Source of the DNA: Candidatus Krumholzibacteriia bacterium
GTDB taxonomy: Bacteria > Krumholzibacteriota > Krumholzibacteriia > WVZY01
Length of the DNA stretch: 20,318 bases
NCBI GenBank assembly: GCA_046754105.1
Contig: JBHHVD010000062.1
Location: 1 to 20,318, forward strand
Reading direction: 5' to 3'
How positions within the stretch are numbered: the first letter of the stretch is position 1; each line of letters opens with the position of its first letter. The position numbers were made by a program, and so were the translations under genes. Below are positions 1 through 8,024 of this stretch, piece by piece. The notes below the pieces were generated by a model, which saw only the letters and a list, made by a program, of their open reading frames with translations, searched no databases and was not told where the DNA came from.

Positions 1-2653
1 CCCGCTTGGCGGCGTCGGCGCACAGGGAGCGCGCGGCCTCAGGCATCCCCGCCGACAAGTAGTCCTCAACGAGTGCGAGCATCACCTCGGCGCGCTCGTG
101 CTCGCCGGGCACAGGCTTGAGCTCTATGACCTGCAGCGCCCGCTCGTACTGAGCGACCGCTTCCTCGTAGGCCACCTGGGCCGAAGCGCGTTCGGCGGCG
201 CGGACCGCGAAGTCCACGGCCTTGTCCACGTCGCCGCCCACCCGCGCGCCCTCGGCGAAGTGGTACGCGAGCGCCGCCAGATGTGAGTCCAATCGGTCTT
301 TGTGAATAGATTCGGTCACTTCGCCGATCTGCCTGTGAAACCGCACGCGGCGCGGCGTGGACAGCTCGCCGTAGAGGGTCTCGCGGATCAACGCGTGCGA
401 GAAACGGTAACCGCCTGGATTGGACCTGTCTTCGTTGATGAGGCCCGCGCCGAGCGCTTCTTCCAGGCCGGCAAGCAACTCGTCGCCGTCGAGGCCGCTT
501 ACCAACTCGAGGACGCGCTGGTCGAAGTCCCTTCCGATCACCGCGCCGACGGACAACAACTCGTTGCAGCGGTCGGTGAGGCGCGAGAGCCGCCGGCCGA
601 TGACCTCGCGGATGCCTTCAGGGATCCTCAGTTCCTCCACGCCCGACCCGCGTGTGATCCACTGCCCCTTGAGGTCCCGGTAAATATCCCCGCTCTCGCC
701 GAGGTGGAGGATGATCTCCTGAACGAAGAAGGGGTTGCCCTCGGTCTCCCGGTGGATGGCCAGCGCTAGGTCGCGGCCCGGCACGCCGATGTCTTGCTGG
801 GCCATGGCTTCGAGCAGTTCGGCGACCTCGTCGGCGCTAAAACCCCGAAGGAGGATGCGCTCGTATAGCCGCTCCCGCCGCAGATCGGACAGCAGCTCTG
901 CCAGCGGATGCCTGCGGTCGAGTTCCACGTCGCGGTAGGTGCCGAGCACCAGCACGCGTATGTCGGGGAGCGTTCGTGCCAGGAACTGCAGCAGCAAGAG
1001 CGACGGCTTGTCGGCCCAGTGCAGGTCGTCGAGAATGAGCACCAAGGGCTGCTGGCGCCCCGCGTTGCGCAGAAACGACGTCACGCTGTCGAACAGGCGA
1101 AACCGAGCCTGCTCCGGTTCGAGCTCGGGCGGGGCCGGCAACCCGGGCAGGCGATCGCCAACGTCGGATACCATCTGGGCGATCACCGGAGCGCCCGATC
1201 CCATCTCGGACCGCAGCGCGTCCTCCTCGCGCGCGTAGACGTGCTCGCGAATGATCTGCACCCATGGCCAGAACGCTGGCGCACCCTCGCCTTCGTAACA
1301 GCGGCCGAGCAGCACCTGCGCCCCCCGCATCTTGGCGTAGGTGGCGAGTTCTTCCGAGGTGCGGGTTTTGCCGATCCCGGGCTCGCCCACGAGCATGAGC
1401 GTGGACCCTTTTCCCCCCACGGCGTCGTCCACGCCCTTCTTGAGCCGCGCCATCTCCACCGTGCGGCCGACGAACTGCCCCCAGACCGCCCGCGGTCCTC
1501 CCTCCTGTTGTGGCTGCTCCGCTGCGGCAGCAGCGGGTTCGAGGTCCATGCTGCGCAGGCGTTCGCACACGGCCTGCGCGCTTGACGGCCGATCGTCCGG
1601 CGCCTTGGCCAGCAGGTCGAGGATCAGCGACTCCAGCGGCGGCGGTACTGCGCTGTTGTGCCAGCTGGGCGCGATGGGCGCGGTATTGAGGTGCTGGGAG
1701 ATGACCGTCACCGCGTCGTCCCCCTGGAAGGGCGGCCTGCCGCACACCGTTTCGTATAGTACGCAGCCGAGGGCGTAGAGGTCGCTCCGCGCGTCGACGT
1801 TGCCGCCGACGGCCTGCTCCGGCGGCATGTAGGCAGCCGTGCCCACCATCATCCCTTCTTGCGTGATGCGCGAACGGTCCAGCGCTACCGCCAACCCGAA
1901 GTCCCCCAGTTTCGCCGTGCCTATCGGAGTCGCTGAGCCCGACTTCGCGCCCCCTGAATCCGCCTGCCCCGAAATTCGCCTCCGTGCCTTCGATGCAACC
2001 GCTGTCGCTTCGGTCAGCCAAATATTTCCCGGCTTGAGGTCGCGGTGGATGACGTCCTTGCCGTGGGCGTGCTCCAACCCTTGTGCCACTTCACCCGCGA
2101 CGCGCACGGCTTCGGGGATCGCCAGCCGGCGGTCGGGCGCGTCCTCGAGTACACTCTCCAGATCGCCGCCGGCCATGTACTGGCAGACGATGAACAGCCG
2201 GCCGTCGCATTCTCCCACGTCGTAGACGGTAACGATGTGGCCGTGGTCACCCAGCCGGCCCATGGCCTGCGCTTCGCGGCGCACCCGCACGCGCCCCTCG
2301 GTGTCGAGCCCTTCGGTCTTGATGAGGGCGAGAGCCACGTCCCGGTCGAGGCGCGTGTCCCGCGCTAGGTAGACTTTCTTGCGCCCGCCCTCACCGAGAA
2401 ATTCCTTGATCTGGTAGCGCTCGTCCGCAAAGCCCGACGGCACGGGGGGCGTGACGCTGCCGGCAGCCGCCGGAGTCGCGGTGACGGCTACCGGCCCGCT
2501 GGCCTCGATCCGGTAGCCGCAGCGGTCGCAGAACTTGGCCTCGGAGCGCAGCTCGCTCTCGCATTGCGGACAGGTCGCCCGCATAGCGGCGCCGCAGTGG
2601 TCACAGAACTGGGCCTCCTCGCGGTTCCCCTGTCCGCATCTAGGACAATCCAC
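1..2653 (-). CDS. Double zinc-ribbon + Ser/Thr protein kinase + STAND-type (AAA_16-like) ATPase + helical/TPR-like protein; 3' end lies outside the window
   Basis: Manual translation, open from GTG at 2653 (GGAGG upstream) to base 1. Motifs: CPRC..FCDHC..CPQC..FCDRC; LGEGGRKKVY; HRDLKPGN; LGDFG; GTAAYMPPEQ; FVGR; Walker A GEPGIGKT; Walker B LILDDLHWAD; TEGNPFF; YRFSHALIRETLY. Not in the ORF track because there is no stop inside the window. Confidence 0.93.
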   Translation of the reverse strand, partial: MDCPRCGQGNREEAQFCDHCGAAMRATCPQCESELRSEAKFCDRCGYRIEASGPVAVTATPAAAGSVTPPVPSGFADERYQIKEFLGEGGRKKVYLARDTRLDRDVALALIKTEGLDTEGRVRVRREAQAMGRLGDHGHIVTVYDVGECDGRLFIVCQYMAGGDLESVLEDAPDRRLAIPEAVRVAGEVAQGLEHAHGKDVIHRDLKPGNIWLTEATAVASKARRRISGQADSGGAKSGSATPIGTAKLGDFGLAVALDRSRITQEGMMVGTAAYMPPEQAVGGNVDARSDLYALGCVLYETVCGRPPFQGDDAVTVISQHLNTAPIAPSWHNSAVPPPLESLILDLLAKAPDDRPSSAQAVCERLRSMDLEPAAAAAEQPQQEGGPRAVWGQFVGRTVEMARLKKGVDDAVGGKGSTLMLVGEPGIGKTRTSEELATYAKMRGAQVLLGRCYEGEGAPAFWPWVQIIREHVYAREEDALRSEMGSGAPVIAQMVSDVGDRLPGLPAPPELEPEQARFRLFDSVTSFLRNAGRQQPLVLILDDLHWADKPSLLLLQFLARTLPDIRVLVLGTYRDVELDRRHPLAELLSDLRRERLYERILLRGFSADEVAELLEAMAQQDIGVPGRDLALAIHRETEGNPFFVQEIILHLGESGDIYRDLKGQWITRGSGVEELRIPEGIREVIGRRLSRLTDRCNELLSVGAVIGRDFDQRVLELVSGLDGDELLAGLEEALGAGLINEDRSNPGGYRFSHALIRETLYGELSTPRRVRFHRQIGEVTESIHKDRLDSHLAALAYHFAEGARVGGDVDKAVDFAVRAAERASAQVAYEEAVAQYERALQVIELKPVPGEHERAEVMLALVEDYLSAGMPEAARSLCADAAKR

Positions 2654-2678
2654 CCATAGCCCTCCCCCGGGCGACTTA

Positions 2679-2707
2679 CTAATACCCCCATCAACGTAGT
2701 GATACCA
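2679..2707 (-). promoter_or_regulatory. Putative bipartite promoter-like motif TGGTAT-N17-TATTAG upstream of the kinase gene
   Basis: The same motif with the same spacing (TGGCAT-N17-TATTAG) precedes the zinc-ribbon relic at 11681-11709. Both copies are followed by GCCCGGGGG(G)AGGG. Confidence 0.4.
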
Positions 2708-2756
2708 GGCCCTGGCGGCGCCCAACGCGGGTTTTTCGTTCCACCACGCTCCGACG

Positions 2757-5700
2757 CTACGCCGTGCGCGGCACCCGCGATTCAATCCTCGAGCCCAGTT
2801 CCTCCGTCCGGCGCAGGTAGTGACCAAGACCCAGCCCTTCGAGCAAAGGCCGCCCTTCCATCAGGACGCCGGTCGCGAGGCCGTCATCCCCGCGCGCCAC
2901 TGACAGTTCACCAGCACCGACGAGTGCAACTCCGAGCATCGAACGTGACCCCAATTTCCGCGCGAGCGTGATCGCCTGGCCATACCATCGCTCGGCCTCG
3001 TCGTAGTGATTCGGTCCGAGGGACTGCGTAACGTCGCCCAGCGCCACCGCACACATCATCTCCCGGAGCCGTCCCGCCGCCTGGTCATAGCCGGTCCGCG
3101 CTATCCGTTCCGCACGTTCCAGGTCTCCGATGGCCAGGAAGCTCTCGACGACGAACACGATGTTCAGCAGCGCGTTCCCACCCGCAGCGATACCTTCCTC
3201 GATGGCGTCGGCGTAGCGCGAGATTTCAGCCGTCTCCCCCAGCGCGGCTCTCGCTGCGACCGCGAACGCGGCGGCCCGGTTGATTCCTCCCGAACTGCCG
3301 ATGTCCTTGGCGACTTTCAGAGAGCGGTCGGCCCACTCCTTCGCCCGGTCGTAGTGGCCGCGTACGTGGTGCACCTGCGCGATCATGCCCGCCGACGAAC
3401 TCTCCATGGTTCGATTCGACGCCATCAAGGCAAGCTCGTGGGTGTCCACGGCGCCACTCAGAGCGCCTTCGAGATCGTCGTTGAAGTAGCGGATTCCGGA
3501 TCTCATCCACAGCGCACCGAAGTAAACGCTGGTCGGAGGCTGGCGCTGTTCCCTCTGCTCCAGCGCCGTAACTACCCAGGTGATCGTGCGCTGCGCCTCC
3601 GCCAGACGACCATCGAGCATGTAGCTCCAAGCCAAGCCCCGGGAGATGCTGATCTGGGTAACCTCCGAACCACTGCGGTGCGCAACCCCGAGCGCTTGTT
3701 CCACCAGCGCCAGCCCCTCGGCAAAGGCATCCCGCTTACCGGTTTTCAGCATCCCGGAATAGGTAAGCACACCCGCCAACGCCTCGTCGTCACCAAGCGC
3801 CTCCGCCAGTTCTCGTGCCCGCCGCGCCGCCGGCTCCGCATCAGGATCGGCGGAGGTACCGTACAGCACACCGACCCGGCAGGTTCCCAGACTCGCGTCG
3901 AGCGCCCACCGGCGGAACCGGTCGTCACCGTTCTCCGCGCGCGCGAGTGATGCTTCCGCGCGGTCCCAGGCCCGCCGATACAGACGGACCGCGACCCGGT
4001 ACGAGGGCAGCGCCTCCGCGTCGGCGGCGGCGCGCAGGAGCGCCTCCACCGCCTTGACGTCATTCTCACTGTGTGAAAAGTGGTGTGCCAGCAACGCCCA
4101 CCGGTCCGCCGTTCGATCGCCTGGAGAAGCCTCGATCAGCAGCGCGATCCGCTCGTGAAGACGACGCCTCTCTTTCAGGAGCAGCGTCTCGTAGGCCACC
4201 TCCTGAGCAAGACTCTCCCCGAAGCGAAACTCGTCTCGCGAGAGAACGGTCTTGCGATGGATTACGCCCCGCCGCTCGAGTTCTTGGAGCGCGGCATCGA
4301 CCTCGATCCCCTCTCCGTCCAAGACCTCCCCGAGCTGTCGGCGATGGAACTGACGGCCAAACACGGAGGCGACCTGGGCAACGCGCTTCGCTGCCGGCCC
4401 CAGCCGGTCCAGGCGAACACCGAGCACCTCTTGCACCGTGTCGGGAATAGGGATCTCATCCACTGCCCGCGTCAGCTCGAGCTTGCCGTCCGCGGCCACG
4501 ACGTAGTCTTGCTCGAACAGGGCTCGCGTGATCTCCTCCGTGAAGAACGGGTTTCCTTCCGACTTGGCAAGAATCCGCCGCTCCAAACCCGGGGGAAGAG
4601 GCCGGCCGCCGACGGCACGGATCACATCCGTCGTCTCCTCGTCCGACAACGGCCGGAGGTTCAGCCGAGTCAGGGCCGCGCCCGCGCGCCACTCGTGATC
4701 GTAGTCCGGGCGGTGACTGACCACGATCATGATCGGAGCGTCGCGCAACCTGCCCGCCGCAAGGTTGAGAATCTCCCGCGACAGATCGTCCATCCACTGG
4801 ATGTCTTCGACGATCATGAGCACCGGAGCCCGCTCGCTGGCGCGCAGGACGAAGCCCCCGACCGCGTCGAGGGTTGCCTGCTTCACCTCGTCGGCGGGCA
4901 GCTCCTCCAACTCGGTGGGCGCAACGGAAAGGAGGCGGCAGAGGTAGGGAAAAGACGGGTCGTCGTGGCCGAACTCTTCCAGCCGGGCCGCCAGCTTATC
5001 GCAGACGTCGCCCTCGGCCTCCTCGCTGGACACCCCAAAGAACTGCGCGAACATGCTCACGAACGCGGCGTAGGGCAGCATCTGCGTCAGCGACGAGCAC
5101 CGCCCCTCGAGGACGATCGCCCCGGCGCTGGCGACTTTCTGCCTGAATTCGTAGATCAGGCGGGATTTTCCACTTCCCGCGTCGCCGACGACCGTCACTA
5201 TCTGCGGCAGGCGGGCGGCCAGCCGATCGTAGCAACTCGCCAGCTGCGCCAGTTCGGCGTCCCGACCCACCAAGGGAGTCAGGCCGTGCTCGGCCGCTCT
5301 CCCCATGGGAGTCCTCTTTTCGGAGAGTCCCTCTAGCGCGTAGGCCCCGACACGTTCAGCTTTGCCTCTCACCGCCGTTGGGCCCAGTGGCCGCACTTCC
5401 GCAAAACCCCGCACCAGGCGGTAAGTCGCCTCGCTCAAGAGGATCATCCCGGGTTCCGCAAGCGACTGGAGGCGTGAGGCCAGATTCGTCGTGTCACCGA
5501 TCGCTGTGTAGTCCATCTTGAGATCGTTCCCGACGGCTCCGACTACCACCGGCCCGCTGTGAATCCCGATCCGAACCTGAAGTTCGTGCGTTTGGGAGAC
5601 CTGGGGGCCGGATTTCAGCTTGGTCAGGGCATCGCGAATGGCGAGAGCCGCCCGAAGAGCGCGCTCGGGGGCGTTCTCGTAGGCAACCGGTGCACCGAAG

Positions 5701-6146
5701 AGCGCCATGAACCCGTCCCCCGCTAGTTGGGTGACGATTCCTTCCACGCGGTAGACCTCGCCAAGACCGACGGCGAGGTAGCCGTCGAGCAAATCGCGGT
5801 ACTCCTCCGGATCGAGTCCTTCGGCGATCGAAGTCGAGCCCACCAGATCGCAGAAGAGCACCGTCACCAACTTACGCTCACCGGCGATCGTACGCGTACT
5901 AGCACGAATCTTGTCTGCCAGATCAGCCGGCATCGACTGTGACAGGCGTGAAACCCGATCGCCGGCAGGAGCCTCGGACGATTCTTCTTCGACGGGCCCA
6001 AGCGACGCACCGCAATCAGGGCAGTAGCGGAATCCCGGATCAATCGACTGCCCGCATCGAGGGCAGTCGGTGGTCGCCGGCTTACCGCAACCATGACAGA
6101 AACGCTTCCCCGGAATCAGTTCTTTGCCGCAGTTCGCGCAGCGCAC
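2757..6146 (-). CDS. Double zinc-ribbon + class III adenylate/guanylate cyclase + STAND-type AAA ATPase + TPR-like protein (about 1129 aa)
   Basis: ORF 2757..6320; likely start is GTG 6146 (MRCANCG..FCHGCG..CPRCG..YCPDCG). Cyclase motifs ERKLVTVLFCDLVGST, AGDG, IGIHSG, GDTTNLASRLQ. Also LVGR, Walker A GDAGSGKS, Walker B IVEDIQWMD, SEGNPFF, and helical C-terminal repeats. Confidence 0.93.
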   Translation of the reverse strand: MRCANCGKELIPGKRFCHGCGKPATTDCPRCGQSIDPGFRYCPDCGASLGPVEEESSEAPAGDRVSRLSQSMPADLADKIRASTRTIAGERKLVTVLFCDLVGSTSIAEGLDPEEYRDLLDGYLAVGLGEVYRVEGIVTQLAGDGFMALFGAPVAYENAPERALRAALAIRDALTKLKSGPQVSQTHELQVRIGIHSGPVVVGAVGNDLKMDYTAIGDTTNLASRLQSLAEPGMILLSEATYRLVRGFAEVRPLGPTAVRGKAERVGAYALEGLSEKRTPMGRAAEHGLTPLVGRDAELAQLASCYDRLAARLPQIVTVVGDAGSGKSRLIYEFRQKVASAGAIVLEGRCSSLTQMLPYAAFVSMFAQFFGVSSEEAEGDVCDKLAARLEEFGHDDPSFPYLCRLLSVAPTELEELPADEVKQATLDAVGGFVLRASERAPVLMIVEDIQWMDDLSREILNLAAGRLRDAPIMIVVSHRPDYDHEWRAGAALTRLNLRPLSDEETTDVIRAVGGRPLPPGLERRILAKSEGNPFFTEEITRALFEQDYVVAADGKLELTRAVDEIPIPDTVQEVLGVRLDRLGPAAKRVAQVASVFGRQFHRRQLGEVLDGEGIEVDAALQELERRGVIHRKTVLSRDEFRFGESLAQEVAYETLLLKERRRLHERIALLIEASPGDRTADRWALLAHHFSHSENDVKAVEALLRAAADAEALPSYRVAVRLYRRAWDRAEASLARAENGDDRFRRWALDASLGTCRVGVLYGTSADPDAEPAARRARELAEALGDDEALAGVLTYSGMLKTGKRDAFAEGLALVEQALGVAHRSGSEVTQISISRGLAWSYMLDGRLAEAQRTITWVVTALEQREQRQPPTSVYFGALWMRSGIRYFNDDLEGALSGAVDTHELALMASNRTMESSSAGMIAQVHHVRGHYDRAKEWADRSLKVAKDIGSSGGINRAAAFAVAARAALGETAEISRYADAIEEGIAAGGNALLNIVFVVESFLAIGDLERAERIARTGYDQAAGRLREMMCAVALGDVTQSLGPNHYDEAERWYGQAITLARKLGSRSMLGVALVGAGELSVARGDDGLATGVLMEGRPLLEGLGLGHYLRRTEELGSRIESRVPRTA

Positions 6147-6234
6147 CCCAGGACCCTTGTCCCTAGACACGATCGAGTCAAGGGCCGACTTCTCCTTCGG
6201 TTCCGGATTCGATCTCGGGTCGCCCCCGCGCCCC

Positions 6235-7041
6235 TCAGCCTTCTTCGCCGGCAAGGCGCGTGAAATCCGGCTCGCGGCGCTCGCGAAATGCCGCCAGTGC
6301 TTCACGATTGGCCGGACCACCCAACAGCGCGGCGAAACTCGAGTCTTCCCTCGTCAGTGCGGCGCGCACGGCCTCATGGCGGGCCTCTAGCAGAAGCTTC
6401 TTGGTAGCCACCAACGAATCCACGGGCATAGCAGCGATCTCCGCGGCAACCGAGAGCGTTTCGTCGAGGAGAACTCGAGCCGGATGGATCCTCCAGGCCA
6501 GTCCGATGCGGGCCGCCTGAGCGGCGTCGATCCAGGTGGCCGTGTAGAGAATATGGGCGGCATCTTGCCAGCCTACCAAGGCGGGCAGCAAGGCCGTGCT
6601 GCCCGCCTCCGCCGTGACCCCAAGCCGGGCGAAGGGCGCGCGCAACCGGGCCTCCTCGGCCATAAGCACGAGGTCGCAGTGGGGCAAGAGGGTCAGACCT
6701 ATTCCCACGCCGATACCGTTTACCGCCGCTACGAGTGGCTTGGGAAAGGTCGACAGCGTCGCGATGAAAGGCGGAAACCCGTGCGCCAGGCCATCATCAT
6801 GGCGCCGAGGCTTCTCCATCTCGCCAAGGTCCTGGCCGGCTGTAAAGGCACGGCCCGCACCTGTCATTACCACCACCGCAATGTCCCGGCGTTCGGTGGC
6901 ATCCGCGAGCGCGTCGCGGACGGCGTCGTAGAGGTCATCGTTGAAGGCGTTGAGCGAATCGGGCCGGTCGAAGGTGAGCAGTCGAACCCGCTCTCGGTCG
7001 CTGATGCGCAGGACCCCTCGGGTGTCGGGGATGCTAGCCAT
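6235..7041 (-). CDS. Enoyl-CoA hydratase/isomerase (crotonase superfamily)
   Basis: Motifs RPDSLNAF, TGAGRAFTAGQDL, KPLVAAVNGIGVGIG, PFARLGVTAEAGS, AFRERREPDF. Confidence 0.93.
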   Translation of the reverse strand: MASIPDTRGVLRISDRERVRLLTFDRPDSLNAFNDDLYDAVRDALADATERRDIAVVVMTGAGRAFTAGQDLGEMEKPRRHDDGLAHGFPPFIATLSTFPKPLVAAVNGIGVGIGLTLLPHCDLVLMAEEARLRAPFARLGVTAEAGSTALLPALVGWQDAAHILYTATWIDAAQAARIGLAWRIHPARVLLDETLSVAAEIAAMPVDSLVATKKLLLEARHEAVRAALTREDSSFAALLGGPANREALAAFRERREPDFTRLAGEEG

Positions 7042-7192
7042 GGGCCGGCCTCAACACGCTTGGCCCCTCCGGGCCAGGTCCAAACCCATAGCTGTCGGGA
7101 CGACCCCGGCACCATTCCCTCGGCGCGCCGGCGGGTTCAACAAGGTCGTGTGCGGACCCTGGTCCCGCAATGTGGTCGCGCTGGTCACTCAT
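7034..7192 (-). CDS. Possible 52-aa small ORF bridging DUF1330 and the hydratase
   Basis: Its ATG overlaps the DUF1330 stop (ATGAGTGA) and its TAG overlaps the hydratase start (ATGGCTAG). No recognisable motif. Confidence 0.3.
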   Translation of the reverse strand: MSDQRDHIAGPGSAHDLVEPAGAPREWCRGRPDSYGFGPGPEGPSVLRPAHG

Positions 7193-7487
7193 CACCGCCC
7201 CGGTAGCCCTCGACGAGGATCGCACGCGTCGTAGTAGAGTGCATTCTCAGCGGAGCGAGTTCCGCGTACTCTGGCGAGGCGTTCCAAGCCCACATCCGCT
7301 CTGCAGAGGGGAACTCTAGGACGATGATTCTCTCAGGCGTCCAGTCACCCGTCAGCGGCGTGACTGGCCCACCACGAACGATGTAGCGCCCGTCGTACTT
7401 CTTCACGGCTTCGGGGATGCGTGCCACGTATTCCGAGTAAACCTCGGGATCGTGAATCGTGACCTCGACTATCATGTAGACGGGCAT
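7185..7487 (-). CDS. DUF1330 family protein (dimeric alpha/beta barrel)
   Basis: Pattern MPVYMIVEVTIHDPEVYSEY..KYDGRYIVRGG..GDW.PERIIVLEFPS..WNASPEY is typical of DUF1330. Confidence 0.9.
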   Translation of the reverse strand: MPVYMIVEVTIHDPEVYSEYVARIPEAVKKYDGRYIVRGGPVTPLTGDWTPERIIVLEFPSAERMWAWNASPEYAELAPLRMHSTTTRAILVEGYRGGDE

Positions 7488-7729
7488 CCTAGACCATCCG
7501 AACTACGGGCTACGAAAGCTCCGGGCTTTCTCGCACCGTGCGTCGCTAGTAAGTGGAGTCCTACCACCTCCGGTGGGCCGCTGTAAAGGCCAAGCCTTTT
7601 CCAATATGAAATGCGTCTGAAATCCTGGCGGGCCTGGCCGTATCGTCTTGCGTGTCGTTGGGCTATTCTTCTCACGCGGCTGGCGATCCACCGAACGACG
7701 CCGGCGGCTTTGGAGCAAAGACGAAGATC

Positions 7730-7996
7730 GTGGCAAGAAGCCTAGAGGGATGGAGGATCACGGCGATGACGGCCGCCTCCTTCGATCCATCCGCGGCGTG
7801 GCTTGGGCCGCGGCGCTGGCGGCGGCTTCATCTTTGCGGGCTACACTACCTCTGGTTCGTCTTTCTGCTGACCTATCTTGGCAACCCGAGTCGCGATATC
7901 TGGGCGGCCATGGGGGTCGTCGCGCTCGTGCTGTCCCTGCTGCTACGCGTAGTAGCGGCGTCGCAAAGACGCGCCCGGCGAACGCCGGCGGATTAG
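7730..7996 (+). pseudogene. Internally deleted ferric-reductase-like (MsrQ-like) membrane protein, 88 aa
   Basis: GTG 7730: (M)ARSLEGWRIT joined directly to AMTAASFDPSAAWLGPRRWRRLHLCGLHYLWFVFLLTY plus a final TM helix. The SF..LGP..W+RLH motif is the C-terminal part of roughly 200-aa family members, as I recall them. Alternative start ATG 7766 has GGAGG upstream. Confidence 0.6.
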
Positions 7997-8024
7997 AAGC
8001 ACACGTACCAATCGGCCGAGGTGT

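Noticed and set aside
837..2021. 394-aa minus-strand ORF in the ORF track
   Set aside because: Alternative frame inside the kinase-STAND gene. All kinase and ATPase motifs are in the other, uninterrupted frame, so there is no frameshift at the kinase insert.
3006..5336. Long plus-strand ORFs (314 aa and 418 aa)
   Set aside because: Antisense shadows of the cyclase-STAND gene, expected in high-GC DNA, with no motifs.
6147..6320. N-terminal extension of the 1187-aa ORF
   Set aside because: It overlaps the hydratase 3' end and has no domain features. The zinc ribbon begins at GTG 6146, as in the paralogous architecture.
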